Below, piece by piece: positions 20,322-30,200 of a stretch of DNA of 64,000 nucleotides. A model generated the notes under the pieces. That model did no database searches. It saw nothing but the letters and a program-made list of their open reading frames with translations, and was not told the DNA's origin. This DNA is from Candidatus Latescibacterota bacterium (lineage in GTDB: Bacteria; Latescibacterota; UBA2968; UBA8231), in contig OZ242005.1 of the NCBI GenBank assembly GCA_965204725.1, positions 320,001 through 384,000 on the forward strand. The letters run 5' to 3'. The position numbers and the translations under genes were made by a program. The first letter of the stretch is position 1; the number at the start of each line of letters is the position of its first letter.

Positions 20322-23300
20322 CTACAAATACCCCAACAACACCGTAAAATAAGACTTCCACCGCCCCTTATCTCGCACCTCGTCAATCCCATACGCCACA
20401 TCCACTTGCACCCGCGTCGGCACGCTGTAATAAGAAATCAAGTCAAAGCGCAACTGTCCCCCTACATCCCGCAGCGGGCCGGCGCGTCCATACCGTGCAT
20501 TCCACTCGCCGATGTTTCGGTCCCAAGCCTTGCCCATACTGGCGTACACCGCGCCATACACCTTGTCGAAATACAACTGGGCCACGCGCTTGCCCACATC
20601 CGGCAACAGGGGAAAGCGCAGCGTCGCCGTGCCCATCAGCGCCTTGCGCCCCTCAATGCTATAAAAGGTATAGCCCTTCATAAAATTGAGGCCGCCGAGG
20701 CGATAGTCGAAGAAATCGCCGACCCGCATCGTGTCGTTCACCGCGTCGCTGTCGATCCAGCCCCCGTACAGCCGCATGCCCAAGCGGGTATTGCCGGGCA
20801 TGCCGATGTGTTCCTTCCAATCCACGGTGAACTGATTGTAGAACAGCTTGATGTACTCCTCGTCGATAAAGGACGCCTGCTCGTTAAAGCCGTCAATGAA
20901 ATAGTTGAACATCCGGTCATAGCGCAGATAGAGCTGGCGGCCCATGGGGCTTATATCGCGGTCCCGCCGCCGCGCAATCAACTCCATCCGATAGGTCAGC
21001 CCCAGCCCAAAGCCATTGAGGTAGGTATAGCCAAAAGGCCGCTGGGCGGTGCGCTCAAAACCGACCTCGCCATCGCCTCGGCAGACGAGACAGTCGCTCT
21101 CGACGCTGGCATTGTAGCGGTCGTACGTGGCCGAGGCCGTAAGCTCCGCATGCCTACCCAACTTGCCGCGCACCCCCACGCTGAACTGACTCAAGCTGTA
21201 GTTGACCGCGTTGACGACGAGGGCCCGCGCTTCCAAGCTATCGCGGCGGGCATCACGCCGACGCTGGTTGGATACCTCCAAAAAGAAGGTGGGGCGAAAT
21301 CCCTTGAACTCGTACAGGGCAAACAGGTCGCGGTCGGCGTTGGTCGGCGCGATGGCAGCCCCGGCGAATACGCTCTGGCGATTCAGCACATCGCCGGAGG
21401 CCAAGTACGCGCCCGCTTTGAAATACCCCTCATCGACCAACAGCCTCGGCAGGATCCCGGTCTTGAGAAAGTCAATGCCATAGGCTTGGGGCGCGCTCGG
21501 CAACGCGGGCGTCGGCACACCGCGCCCATCCGCGGAAAACCACGCCTCTTCCGTCGCAACCAGCACCCCCTCCTCCTGCAACCGACGGATCTCAAAGCCA
21601 GCCGCAGTATAAGCCGCAAAAACGACTTCGCCCTCCGGGCCGACCGATGGATTGAACGCGCCGCCGATGGTGTTGGTTAGCTGCCGCAGCGCCCGCGTTT
21701 CCAAGTGTAGGGCATAGATATTGAAAATGCCGCTGAAATCCGACGCAAAGACGAGTTCCGTGCCGTCCGCGCTCCACGCGGGGTCGCGGTCCGTACCGGG
21801 CGTAGCAATCCCAATTCGCAGGGGCCACCCTATCGGATCGGTGGAGTCCGCGTCCAGTTCCACCACGGCGATGTCGCGCTGTCCCGCACGCGCAAATGCA
21901 AACGCCAGCCTGCGTCCGTCGGGCGAAAAGCGCGGCGTGTAGAGCTGGGTGCCGTCGGCGAACTGGGTTAGATAGCGTAGCCCGGTGCCGTCGGCCCGCA
22001 TCATCGCCAAGTTGTTGCTCGTGCCTTTGTTTTGCACAAACGCGATCCACTCGCCAGTGGGCGAATAGGTCGGGTACAGGGCGCGCATCCCGCGCGTCAG
22101 CCGCTTGACGCGCGGCGTCTCCGGTGCCGTGCCGCTGACCATGGCCGGGACCAACCACAGCATCCCGCGCCAAAAGCTAGGACCTGCGGCCGCGGAATCC
22201 CACTCGTAGATATCCGCCTGCCGCGAGCCGTATTTGTCGGCTCGGTCAATGCGCGAAAAGAGCAGCTTGCGCCCGTCCGGCGACCAATCCACGGTCGAAG
22301 CTGCGGCTGGGAAGGCCGCGATTTCCTCCTCGCCGGTAGCGAGGTCGCGCACGATTAAGCCGTGGGGGCCGTGGTGCCGCTTGCGCGTCGATAGGTACGC
22401 CAATTTTTCGCCGTTGGGCGCCAGCCGCGGCCGCAGATTGGAAAAGCCCACATCCGCGATCGGTTCGCCCTCGCGCAACGGCCCCAACGCCGCGACCTGC
22501 GCCCAATAGCCCTGCCGCAGGGACTCGATCCACTCGCCGTACAGCGCGTCCGCGCTCTTGCCCAAGACCTTTTTACACGCCGCGTCAATGGCGAGGGTGT
22601 GCCACTCGGACGCGGCTCGGTACAGCGCGGCGATTTTCTCTTCGCCGTATATCTCGGCAATGTAGCGCACCAAGGCAAAGCCGTGATCGTACACGTATTC
22701 ATTGCCAAAGCCCTGCTTGCCAAAGACGCCCATCTGCTCAAAGGACAGCTGCTCGTCGGCGAGCACCAAGGAGCGGAGCACCATGTCGCGATTGGCATCC
22801 CAGCGGTCGTGCCCGGTAGTCGCAGTCCCGTACTGGGCCGCGCCCTCGGCCAGCCACATGGGCACCACCGTACCCATCACTGGATAGGAAGCCACCGCGT
22901 CTGGGTAGCCGATGCGAATGTCCTTGCGGTTTTTCTCTCGCTGGTAGCCAAAGTACTGCAAGTAGAGGGCGGGGACGCGCTGGACGCCTTTGCGCGCCGC
23001 ACCGAGCGAAACGATGTGGGCAAATTCGTGGGTTATTACGTTGCGAAGCCAGTCCGAGCTGCCGCGCAAGTCAAAGTCGTGGTCCAGCGACGTGGTCCAA
23101 ATCTCAATGGTGTCTTGATAGAAAAAAGCCGCGCCATTGGCGTAATCGTCGTGGTCCTTGAGCACAATTCGCACCCGCCCGTCGGGCGCGTACCCATACA
23201 GCTTGGTAAGGGGCGCGTACGCGGCTTCGGCAATGCGCGCTGCCCGCGCTGCGGCCCCGGCCAACCCCTCGTGGTAGAACACTCGGAAGTGCTCGGTCTC

Positions 23301-23387
23301 CACCACTTGCCACGCCAACTCTGGGTGGTTTTGGGCCGAGGACGCGCTCGCCCAGCCGAGCACCAGACACAACGCCAACCCCCTCAC
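20322..23387 (-). CDS. Outer-membrane protein: HExxH peptidase-like N-domain, PD40/TolB propellers, C-terminal Omp85/BamA-like barrel
   Basis: Signal peptide, ITHEFAH...WLAEG, repeated P.WSPDG/FSPDG units, LGGLNFMKGY barrel motif. GTG overlaps the upstream TGA. Confidence 0.78.
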   Translation of the reverse strand: MRGLALCLVLGWASASSAQNHPELAWQVVETEHFRVFYHEGLAGAAARAARIAEAAYAPLTKLYGYAPDGRVRIVLKDHDDYANGAAFFYQDTIEIWTTSLDHDFDLRGSSDWLRNVITHEFAHIVSLGAARKGVQRVPALYLQYFGYQREKNRKDIRIGYPDAVASYPVMGTVVPMWLAEGAAQYGTATTGHDRWDANRDMVLRSLVLADEQLSFEQMGVFGKQGFGNEYVYDHGFALVRYIAEIYGEEKIAALYRAASEWHTLAIDAACKKVLGKSADALYGEWIESLRQGYWAQVAALGPLREGEPIADVGFSNLRPRLAPNGEKLAYLSTRKRHHGPHGLIVRDLATGEEEIAAFPAAASTVDWSPDGRKLLFSRIDRADKYGSRQADIYEWDSAAAGPSFWRGMLWLVPAMVSGTAPETPRVKRLTRGMRALYPTYSPTGEWIAFVQNKGTSNNLAMMRADGTGLRYLTQFADGTQLYTPRFSPDGRRLAFAFARAGQRDIAVVELDADSTDPIGWPLRIGIATPGTDRDPAWSADGTELVFASDFSGIFNIYALHLETRALRQLTNTIGGAFNPSVGPEGEVVFAAYTAAGFEIRRLQEEGVLVATEEAWFSADGRGVPTPALPSAPQAYGIDFLKTGILPRLLVDEGYFKAGAYLASGDVLNRQSVFAGAAIAPTNADRDLFALYEFKGFRPTFFLEVSNQRRRDARRDSLEARALVVNAVNYSLSQFSVGVRGKLGRHAELTASATYDRYNASVESDCLVCRGDGEVGFERTAQRPFGYTYLNGFGLGLTYRMELIARRRDRDISPMGRQLYLRYDRMFNYFIDGFNEQASFIDEEYIKLFYNQFTVDWKEHIGMPGNTRLGMRLYGGWIDSDAVNDTMRVGDFFDYRLGGLNFMKGYTFYSIEGRKALMGTATLRFPLLPDVGKRVAQLYFDKVYGAVYASMGKAWDRNIGEWNARYGRAGPLRDVGGQLRFDLISYYSVPTRVQVDVAYGIDEVRDKGRWKSYFTVLLGYL

Positions 23388-26110
23388 TGACTCACCGCCA
23401 TTTTGACCACGGCCTCTCCGCGCCGCCCATCGTCGCCGTGCGCGATCAACCGGCATAGGTACAGGCCGCTGGCATAGCCTGCCACCGACCACGCAATTTC
23501 GCGCTCGCCAGCTTCCAAACCGTCGCTACGGAGCGTACCAACGCGCCGGCCCAGCGCATCAAACACCTCCAATTCAACGCGCCCGGCCGCCCGTAGCTCA
23601 AAGCGCAAATGGGCCTCCTCCCCAGGGCCGACTGGATTGGGATAGCAATAGACCCGGGTTAGCAACGCCCCCTCGGACCGTACGACCGGGCGGCCCGCGA
23701 CCTGCGCGGTCCGCGACCCAGCCGCGTCGGCCCCCGCCTGCGGCCAATGGGCCGGGCCGCCCGCGTACTGGGCCGCCACCCGCTGCAAATCCCACGCATA
23801 CACGGCTTCGCCATCCAAGGAGGCTAGCGCCAAGCGGCCATCGCCATCTAAGCTCCATATCACGGGCGACGCTGTCGGGGGAGCGGCCATCAGCAAGGGG
23901 AAGCCCGGCAAGAGCCGCCCATCGTCCTCTAAGCCGAAAATTCCGCTGTGACCGGCGACGAAGATCTCCTGCTTGCCATCGGCATCCACATCGCCAAGCA
24001 CCGGCTCAAACCCGAGATCGCCGACCTCGGCAAAGCGCGGCAGGGCAGCGGGAAAGTCGGCTTGGCGCAATCCGTCCGCTCGCAGGGCGTGTATCACGCC
24101 GCCGCGCGCCAGCAAAACCACCTCCAACAGGCCATCGCCATCCAAATCGCCCAAGACCGGCGGCGCAACGAGCGAGTCGCCCAACTCGACGACGTGCGAG
24201 CCGATCGCGACCTGCCCGCCGGCTGTGGCGGCAACCAGTTCGGCTTGACCATCGCCGTCCAAATCGCCCATCGCTTGGGGCATCCCCGGCGGCCTTCTCT
24301 CCTTTAGCTCGCCGCTTACGGCATCTATCGTGTAGGTCTGGTCCGCTCCGGCGAGCAGCAGCGCGGCTTCCTCACCCCCGCTAAAACGCATGTCCAACGG
24401 CACCTCGTCTAGCGCGCGCTGCCACCGCGGTTGGTCCGCCCCGGCATCCCACGCGCTAACCTCGGCGTCTCGCCGCAAAAAAATCACGCCATCCCCAGCC
24501 GCCAGCAACCGCGCCCCGGGTACTCGCCACGACGCCACCCCACCTCCGGCCGCATAGCCGACGCCCCCCCCGGCCTCAAAGAGCAACTCATCCACTCCGT
24601 CGCCGTCCAAATCGGCCGCTTGGAGTCGGCCATCGCCCGGCAAATCTCGCGGCCAGCCCGGACGCACGCGCCCAAAGCGTATGGCGACCTGCATGGTATC
24701 GCCGGGCGCGGAAAGCACTTCTATTTCAATGCCGGTAGCCCACTCTCGATTGCTGCGCGAGTCGGGGCGCGTCGCCGGGCCGAACAGGGTTTGTCCGCCG
24801 ATAAAAAACGGGTCGTCGGCCCCCCCCTCGACTTGCCGCTCCCACGCTCGGCGCGGATTGCCAATGTCGCGGTAGCCGTCGGCCTCTTCCAAGGCAATGC
24901 CCGGCCACTGCGGTTGATTGTTCACGGCACTGGGGTCGGCCGCGCGCGCCATCACGCCCTCGTCTAAGTGCCATATCAGCACCCCCGATCCCGGGACGAA
25001 GGCGTCGTATTCCTCCATCGCCACCCACACGCCCTCGTCTATGGAGACTTGCTCCGGGTCGATCCACACCTTCCCTTCGTCCTCTGCGCCGCCGCGCTGC
25101 CCGCGCTGCTGCCTATTCTCCAGCAAGAAGTATTCGCGGGCGTCAATGGGGATGCGCACGGCCTTGGGGAGGTCGCCGCTACGGTCGGTGGCTAGCAGCG
25201 ATAGTACCGTGTCGCGCCGCACCACTACAGGCTCGATCCACCCGAGCTGCATCTTGCTCCAAGCCATGGGATGCGGCGGCGCGAAGCCAACCACCCACGC
25301 GAGGCTGTCGGTTTGCACGTAGCCCGAAGCGTTGGCCCCCACGTCCATCAGGCTCCAGCCGCCCAAGGCCGGCAGGCCGTCGGCAAAATTGGACAACCCG
25401 GGCAACCCCAACTGGTGGCCAAAGAACTTGGCCAGCAAACCATTGAGGCCGGCCCGGCCGTTGAGGCTGGGCGACTCCGGCAAGATCCACGCCTGCGCGA
25501 TCTCCGCATCGCCCACGGTCAGCGGGCCGCCGTTGAAGCGGGCAAAATCGCTCTCAGACAGAAAGACCGAGCGGATGTCGTTTAGTTCGCCGGTCTCGTA
25601 GCCCACTCCGGCGTGGAACACGAGGAAGCTGTTGAACTCGTCCAAGCGCGGGCCATTGGGATCGGCCAGCGCAGCACCCAGGGCGTCGCGCAACAACTCG
25701 ATCCACTTCGCGCCGATCTCCTCGGTCGTGCGTCCGTTGCCGTAGTGAAGCATGGGTTGGGGAAGCGAGTACGCCTGCTGCATGGCGCGGGGAAATACCT
25801 CGGCGGAAATCGCCACCTGACCTTCGGAAACGACCTCGTAGTAGCGGGCCAGCGCGGTCAGATGCCGCTCGAAATAAGCGCGGTCGTGCGGCGGCAGGTC
25901 GTAGGGCAGCGCGTACTCCGCGGCCGCTTCCTCGGCCGAGCGCAAGTCAAAGGCCCCGACGCCTGTCGTCGTCAGCTCGTCGGGACTCTCGCGCACAAAA
26001 TCGACGCGCAAGGCCAAAACGCGCCACTCGTCCTCGGCCGCGGTGGCCGCCGACGACAGCAGGGTGCAGCAGAAGCCCAAGAGGAGAGCTAAATCGACGC
26101 GACGCCGCAT
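23384..26110 (-). CDS. M6 (immune inhibitor A)-like protein with FG-GAP repeats and a T9SS-type CTD; zinc motif degenerate
   Basis: FHAG, GHQLGLP, WSLMDVG, AWSKMQLGW, EYFLLENR, DLDGDG repeats, YPNP...ASGLY CTD. Confidence 0.78.
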   Translation of the reverse strand: MRRRVDLALLLGFCCTLLSSAATAAEDEWRVLALRVDFVRESPDELTTTGVGAFDLRSAEEAAAEYALPYDLPPHDRAYFERHLTALARYYEVVSEGQVAISAEVFPRAMQQAYSLPQPMLHYGNGRTTEEIGAKWIELLRDALGAALADPNGPRLDEFNSFLVFHAGVGYETGELNDIRSVFLSESDFARFNGGPLTVGDAEIAQAWILPESPSLNGRAGLNGLLAKFFGHQLGLPGLSNFADGLPALGGWSLMDVGANASGYVQTDSLAWVVGFAPPHPMAWSKMQLGWIEPVVVRRDTVLSLLATDRSGDLPKAVRIPIDAREYFLLENRQQRGQRGGAEDEGKVWIDPEQVSIDEGVWVAMEEYDAFVPGSGVLIWHLDEGVMARAADPSAVNNQPQWPGIALEEADGYRDIGNPRRAWERQVEGGADDPFFIGGQTLFGPATRPDSRSNREWATGIEIEVLSAPGDTMQVAIRFGRVRPGWPRDLPGDGRLQAADLDGDGVDELLFEAGGGVGYAAGGGVASWRVPGARLLAAGDGVIFLRRDAEVSAWDAGADQPRWQRALDEVPLDMRFSGGEEAALLLAGADQTYTIDAVSGELKERRPPGMPQAMGDLDGDGQAELVAATAGGQVAIGSHVVELGDSLVAPPVLGDLDGDGLLEVVLLARGGVIHALRADGLRQADFPAALPRFAEVGDLGFEPVLGDVDADGKQEIFVAGHSGIFGLEDDGRLLPGFPLLMAAPPTASPVIWSLDGDGRLALASLDGEAVYAWDLQRVAAQYAGGPAHWPQAGADAAGSRTAQVAGRPVVRSEGALLTRVYCYPNPVGPGEEAHLRFELRAAGRVELEVFDALGRRVGTLRSDGLEAGEREIAWSVAGYASGLYLCRLIAHGDDGRRGEAVVKMAVSQ

Positions 26111-26147
26111 GGCACTGCAAAAAAACCAGCGTCTGATTGGGGCACCC

Positions 26148-27200
26148 TCAGAAAACGATGTTCAGGGAAATGGGCGTATTGTCGCCGACCACCGCGCCCT
26201 CGCTGCCGATTATGTACGCCACATCAAACTGGAAGCGATTGTACTTTAGCCCAACGCCAAAGGTCCTCGTATTTACCTCGCCGTCGCTATCGTACGAAAG
26301 ACCGGCGCGCAACGCGATAAACGCCTCGCCTTCGCGGGCGGAAAGCCCGTATTGGTATTCGCCGCCCACGTGCAGGTCGATCTCCTTGAACTCGTTGCTC
26401 AAGCCCTCGTCGGCCCACGCCTTGACCAAGTTGCTGGCGAAAGACCCATCGGCAATCAGCGGCTTGTACAGGTCAAAAGAGAGCATCAGATCGTTGTATT
26501 GGGTATCCATCACGTCGTAGGCTACCCCGACGACGATGTGCTGAGGCAGCGGATCGGCTTGGTCGGCGTCGATGTAGGCGATCTTGGGGCCTAGGTTGCG
26601 CAGGGCCGCGCCAAAGCTGAGGCTGGAGACGGGCTTCCACAAAAACCCCAGATCCGCGGCAAAGCTGTTGCCCACGCCCCGGCCCTGTTCCTTGCCGGCT
26701 CCGGCTCCGGCCAAGTTGCTGCGGATGAACTTTAAGCCGATGCCCGCGGCCGTATGGTCGCCGATAGCTGCTCCGTAGGCCGCCGATATAGCCACGTCAT
26801 AGCTGCGGAAGGTGCCTTGTTGGTTGCCGCGCTCGTCCGTGCGGATTTGCTCGCCTAGGTTGAGCAGCGCGGCGTTGAGGCCGAAGTTCCCCCATCCTTC
26901 AACGGGCATGGAATAGGCCAAAAACTCGTAGGACAAGTCGTCGGCCAGCTTGGGCAACCACGCGGTGTGCGAGAGGTGGAGCTTTTTCTTGCTCTGCCCG
27001 ACGAGCGCGGCTGGGTTGAAGTAGGTGGCCGTGGCGTCATCGGCCACCGCCACGTACGATTCGCCCATGGCAATGGCGCGGGAACCCGGATTGATCAACA
27101 AAAGAAGCGGCGCGCTGCGGCTTTCGGGCGTGGCCCAGCCCCCAACGGGCAATGCGGCCGCGCAAAGGCCGGCCAGCAGCAGGGTCGTCAGTTTCCTCAT
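26148..27200 (-). CDS. porV: PorV family outer-membrane shuttle protein
   Basis: LLINPGSRAIAMGE...DDATATYFNPAAL, WLPKLADD, NLGPKIAY...ADPLP; directly downstream of the porU-like gene. Confidence 0.85.
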   Translation of the reverse strand: MRKLTTLLLAGLCAAALPVGGWATPESRSAPLLLLINPGSRAIAMGESYVAVADDATATYFNPAALVGQSKKKLHLSHTAWLPKLADDLSYEFLAYSMPVEGWGNFGLNAALLNLGEQIRTDERGNQQGTFRSYDVAISAAYGAAIGDHTAAGIGLKFIRSNLAGAGAGKEQGRGVGNSFAADLGFLWKPVSSLSFGAALRNLGPKIAYIDADQADPLPQHIVVGVAYDVMDTQYNDLMLSFDLYKPLIADGSFASNLVKAWADEGLSNEFKEIDLHVGGEYQYGLSAREGEAFIALRAGLSYDSDGEVNTRTFGVGLKYNRFQFDVAYIIGSEGAVVGDNTPISLNIVF

Positions 27201-27296
27201 AGCGGAGTCCTCCTCAGCTAAGAATAAAGTATGAAAACGATGCCTCCGAAGTACTAAGGCGATCTCACTGCTGCAAAGGCATTCCTCTCGCGACGC

Positions 27297-30200
27297 TCAC
27301 TTGGCAACCTGTAAGACGGCGCGACGCGCGACCGCAACGCCGCTTTCCCGCTCGGCTTCTATCCGGCAAATATACGCGCCATTGGCCAATCCCGCCGGTG
27401 GCGTCCAAGGCACCTGGTTGTACCCGGCGCGCGTCGGTCCGTCTAGCTGTTCTATTAGCCTACCAGCCAGCGAAAAGACCTCTATCTGCACGGAGCGCAT
27501 GTCGTCTGCTAGCTGATAGGTGAAGTAGCCCCTGTCGCGCATGGGATTTGGGTAAAATAGGACGTGGGCAAGGCCCGCGTCTGCTTCGTCGTCCCCGACC
27601 GACACCGACACCGTCGCCCGCGACGAGTTGTTGAAGTTGTCCCAGGCCTTCAGGCGGATTTCGTGGGGGCCGGTTTCCAGCTCGGGCAGGGGAAATTCAA
27701 CCACTCCCTGCCGGTAGTCCCCGCCCTGTACGCTGTACAGATCGGTCAAGGTGAAGAGCTCGTCGTCAACGGCCAACTCGATTTCGTGCCCGGTCTCGCC
27801 GGTGATGTTGATGCCGCTGGGATCGGCAATCGAGGCCAACAACACCGTCTGCCGCGGAATGTTGCTGCCTTTGGCCCCCTCAAAGCGCAGGGAAATTTCC
27901 GGCCCTTCGACATCCGCTTCCACGCCTGCGGCCGTGCCCGCTAGCACCAATCCTTCGGTCGCGCCGAGGGCCGCCGGGCTGTCATCGCTCCAGACGTAGG
28001 CGCTGATGCGGCCGTTCTGCCCTCCGTAGGTAATGTCTTTAGGGACCCGAAACGCGGCCCTAAACCGGCCCTCAGCGACCAAAAAGCGGCCGCGAAAGAT
28101 GGGAGCCCCGGTCTGCTGGTAGCTAAAACCCTCCAACTCGCTCTCTTCTCGCGAATCAAATGCCTGCAACCACACTTGGCCTTTATAGGTGGTGGCTGGC
28201 GCACCAGCCGCGTCGAGAACTTGGCCGGTGACGACCACTTCGCCGAGGGCGCGGAGCGAATCGGGCCGCTCGAGCTGCACCTGAAAGCGCGGCATGGCCA
28301 AGCGCGTCGCCGGGTCGCCGAAGAGCGAGTAGCGCTGAATGTTGCGGAATGTTTTGGTGCCGGTGGGGTTGTATATCGGCAGCAGCAATTGCTTGGCCTC
28401 GGTGAGGGCCAGCCCAATCGGCACGTGCTTCCGCTCGGTGTGGTATAGCCGCCGATAGAACTCGTTGGCCAACTGGACGTTGGTGTCGTGGTATCCGAGG
28501 CGGGTCGCGCAAATCATGCCGATCACGCCCCCGTCTTCCTTCAGCAGGAGTCCCTCCGGCATGGAGATGCGCACGGGATCGTCGAACACCCCAACTTGAC
28601 TCGCAGCCGTAAAAAACAAGGGCAGGCGGCCGCCGTTGTTGAGCTTGTCCAAATCGCGGGAAAGCAAGAACAGGCTCTCGTGGGCCAAGCGGTCAAAGCT
28701 GCCGTGCCCCAAATAGGTCAAAATTAGCGCGCCCTTGTTGAAGAGCCGGATGAACTCGTCGCGCGCTCGCGGCTTTTCTCGCCCCTCTAGAGGGAATTGG
28801 GCGGTGTAGAGCTTGGTCAAGTCGAGCACCTCGGGCAGGACGCGCCGGGCCATGTATTCGCTATCGCGGATGAAGAACGACTCGACCCGGTTCGGATGGT
28901 CTCGATTGAGCAAATCGTCTGAGACCAGTAGCACTTGGCTCTGCCAAGGCCCCACTTCGGGGGCGCGGTCGTAGGCGATGATTTTGTCGGCCAGCGCGTC
29001 GGCTGCGGCCGCGGTCTGCACCGGCAGCCGACCGATGGCTAGGTCGGGGAACAAATCGCCGCCCACCACGCGCGTGTACCACTCGTCGTACGTGCTGTCG
29101 CCGTCTTGGTATGCTGGGATCCAATGGCCTTGGCTAATCGACGAATTGTTCTTGTAGTCGTACGAGCCGTCGCCAATCAAGGCCACGAACATGGGCGCGG
29201 GGTCCCAGTGCTCGGCCGCATAGGCGAGAAAATTGCGGATCGCCGCCGGGTCCAACAGCCCGCCGGAAAACTCGTCGTAGATGTCTTGGATGTCGATGGC
29301 CGCCGTTTGCAGGGGCGGGCCTAAGCGGTCGTCGGCAGCCCGCCACTGCGCCAAGCGCTCGGCCGCAGCGCGAAAATCGCGGTGGTAAATCGCCACCCAA
29401 TCGGCCCCCCGCGCCCCGGCTGTCAAATTGCCGGGCGAGTCGAGCTCGATCCGCACCGGGCGCTTCCAAGTCGCCGGGCCGCCGACTGCGTACTGGCGCG
29501 GCACATCCCCGGGCCGATCCTGAAAAATTACCGCCCCGTCTTGCGCTTCGTACGCGAAGTCCACCACCTCGGCCAACCCCGCCGAGACCTCAAAGATGCG
29601 CGGCGGCTCAGCGGCAAAACCAGCGAGGCGAAATTGAGTGACGCCGGTCAGCGGATAGGTGAAGTTCAATTGACCGCGCTCGGCCACAAAGCCGCGGCTG
29701 TACTCCACTTCGTACCAGTCGAAGCGGGCCGGACTACCCGAGTGAAAGACCCCCAAGTGGTTCAGCCCCTCCTGCGCTCCTAGCGCGGCCCACAGCGTAT
29801 CGGAGGCAACATATCTCTCCTCGGTTGTAAAAGCCACCGTGCCGATGGTCTCTTCGTTCCAGCGCACTGAAAATCGCGGCCGCGTCTCGGACCCCCGGAT
29901 AAAACCCAAGCGCACAGCCACCGGCTCGGGGGCGGCCTGCCGCACCACCACCGGGAAATTGCGCGCATTGCCGCGAAAGTCCTCCCAGTACCAAGTGTAG
30001 CCAGACTTGATGCCAGATAGCTGGGTGAGGACGAACTGCTCGGCTTCCTCGTGGATTCGCACCCGATAGCTCGTGGGCTGCTGCGGGTCGGGCGCGGTTA
30101 GGGCGCCGCTCCTCTGCTCGGCCCGTCGCCCTTCGACCCCACCGCCAAAACCGAGCCAGTACGCGTTCTCGTGCGTGTAGAGGTTGTGCCGATATTGGAA

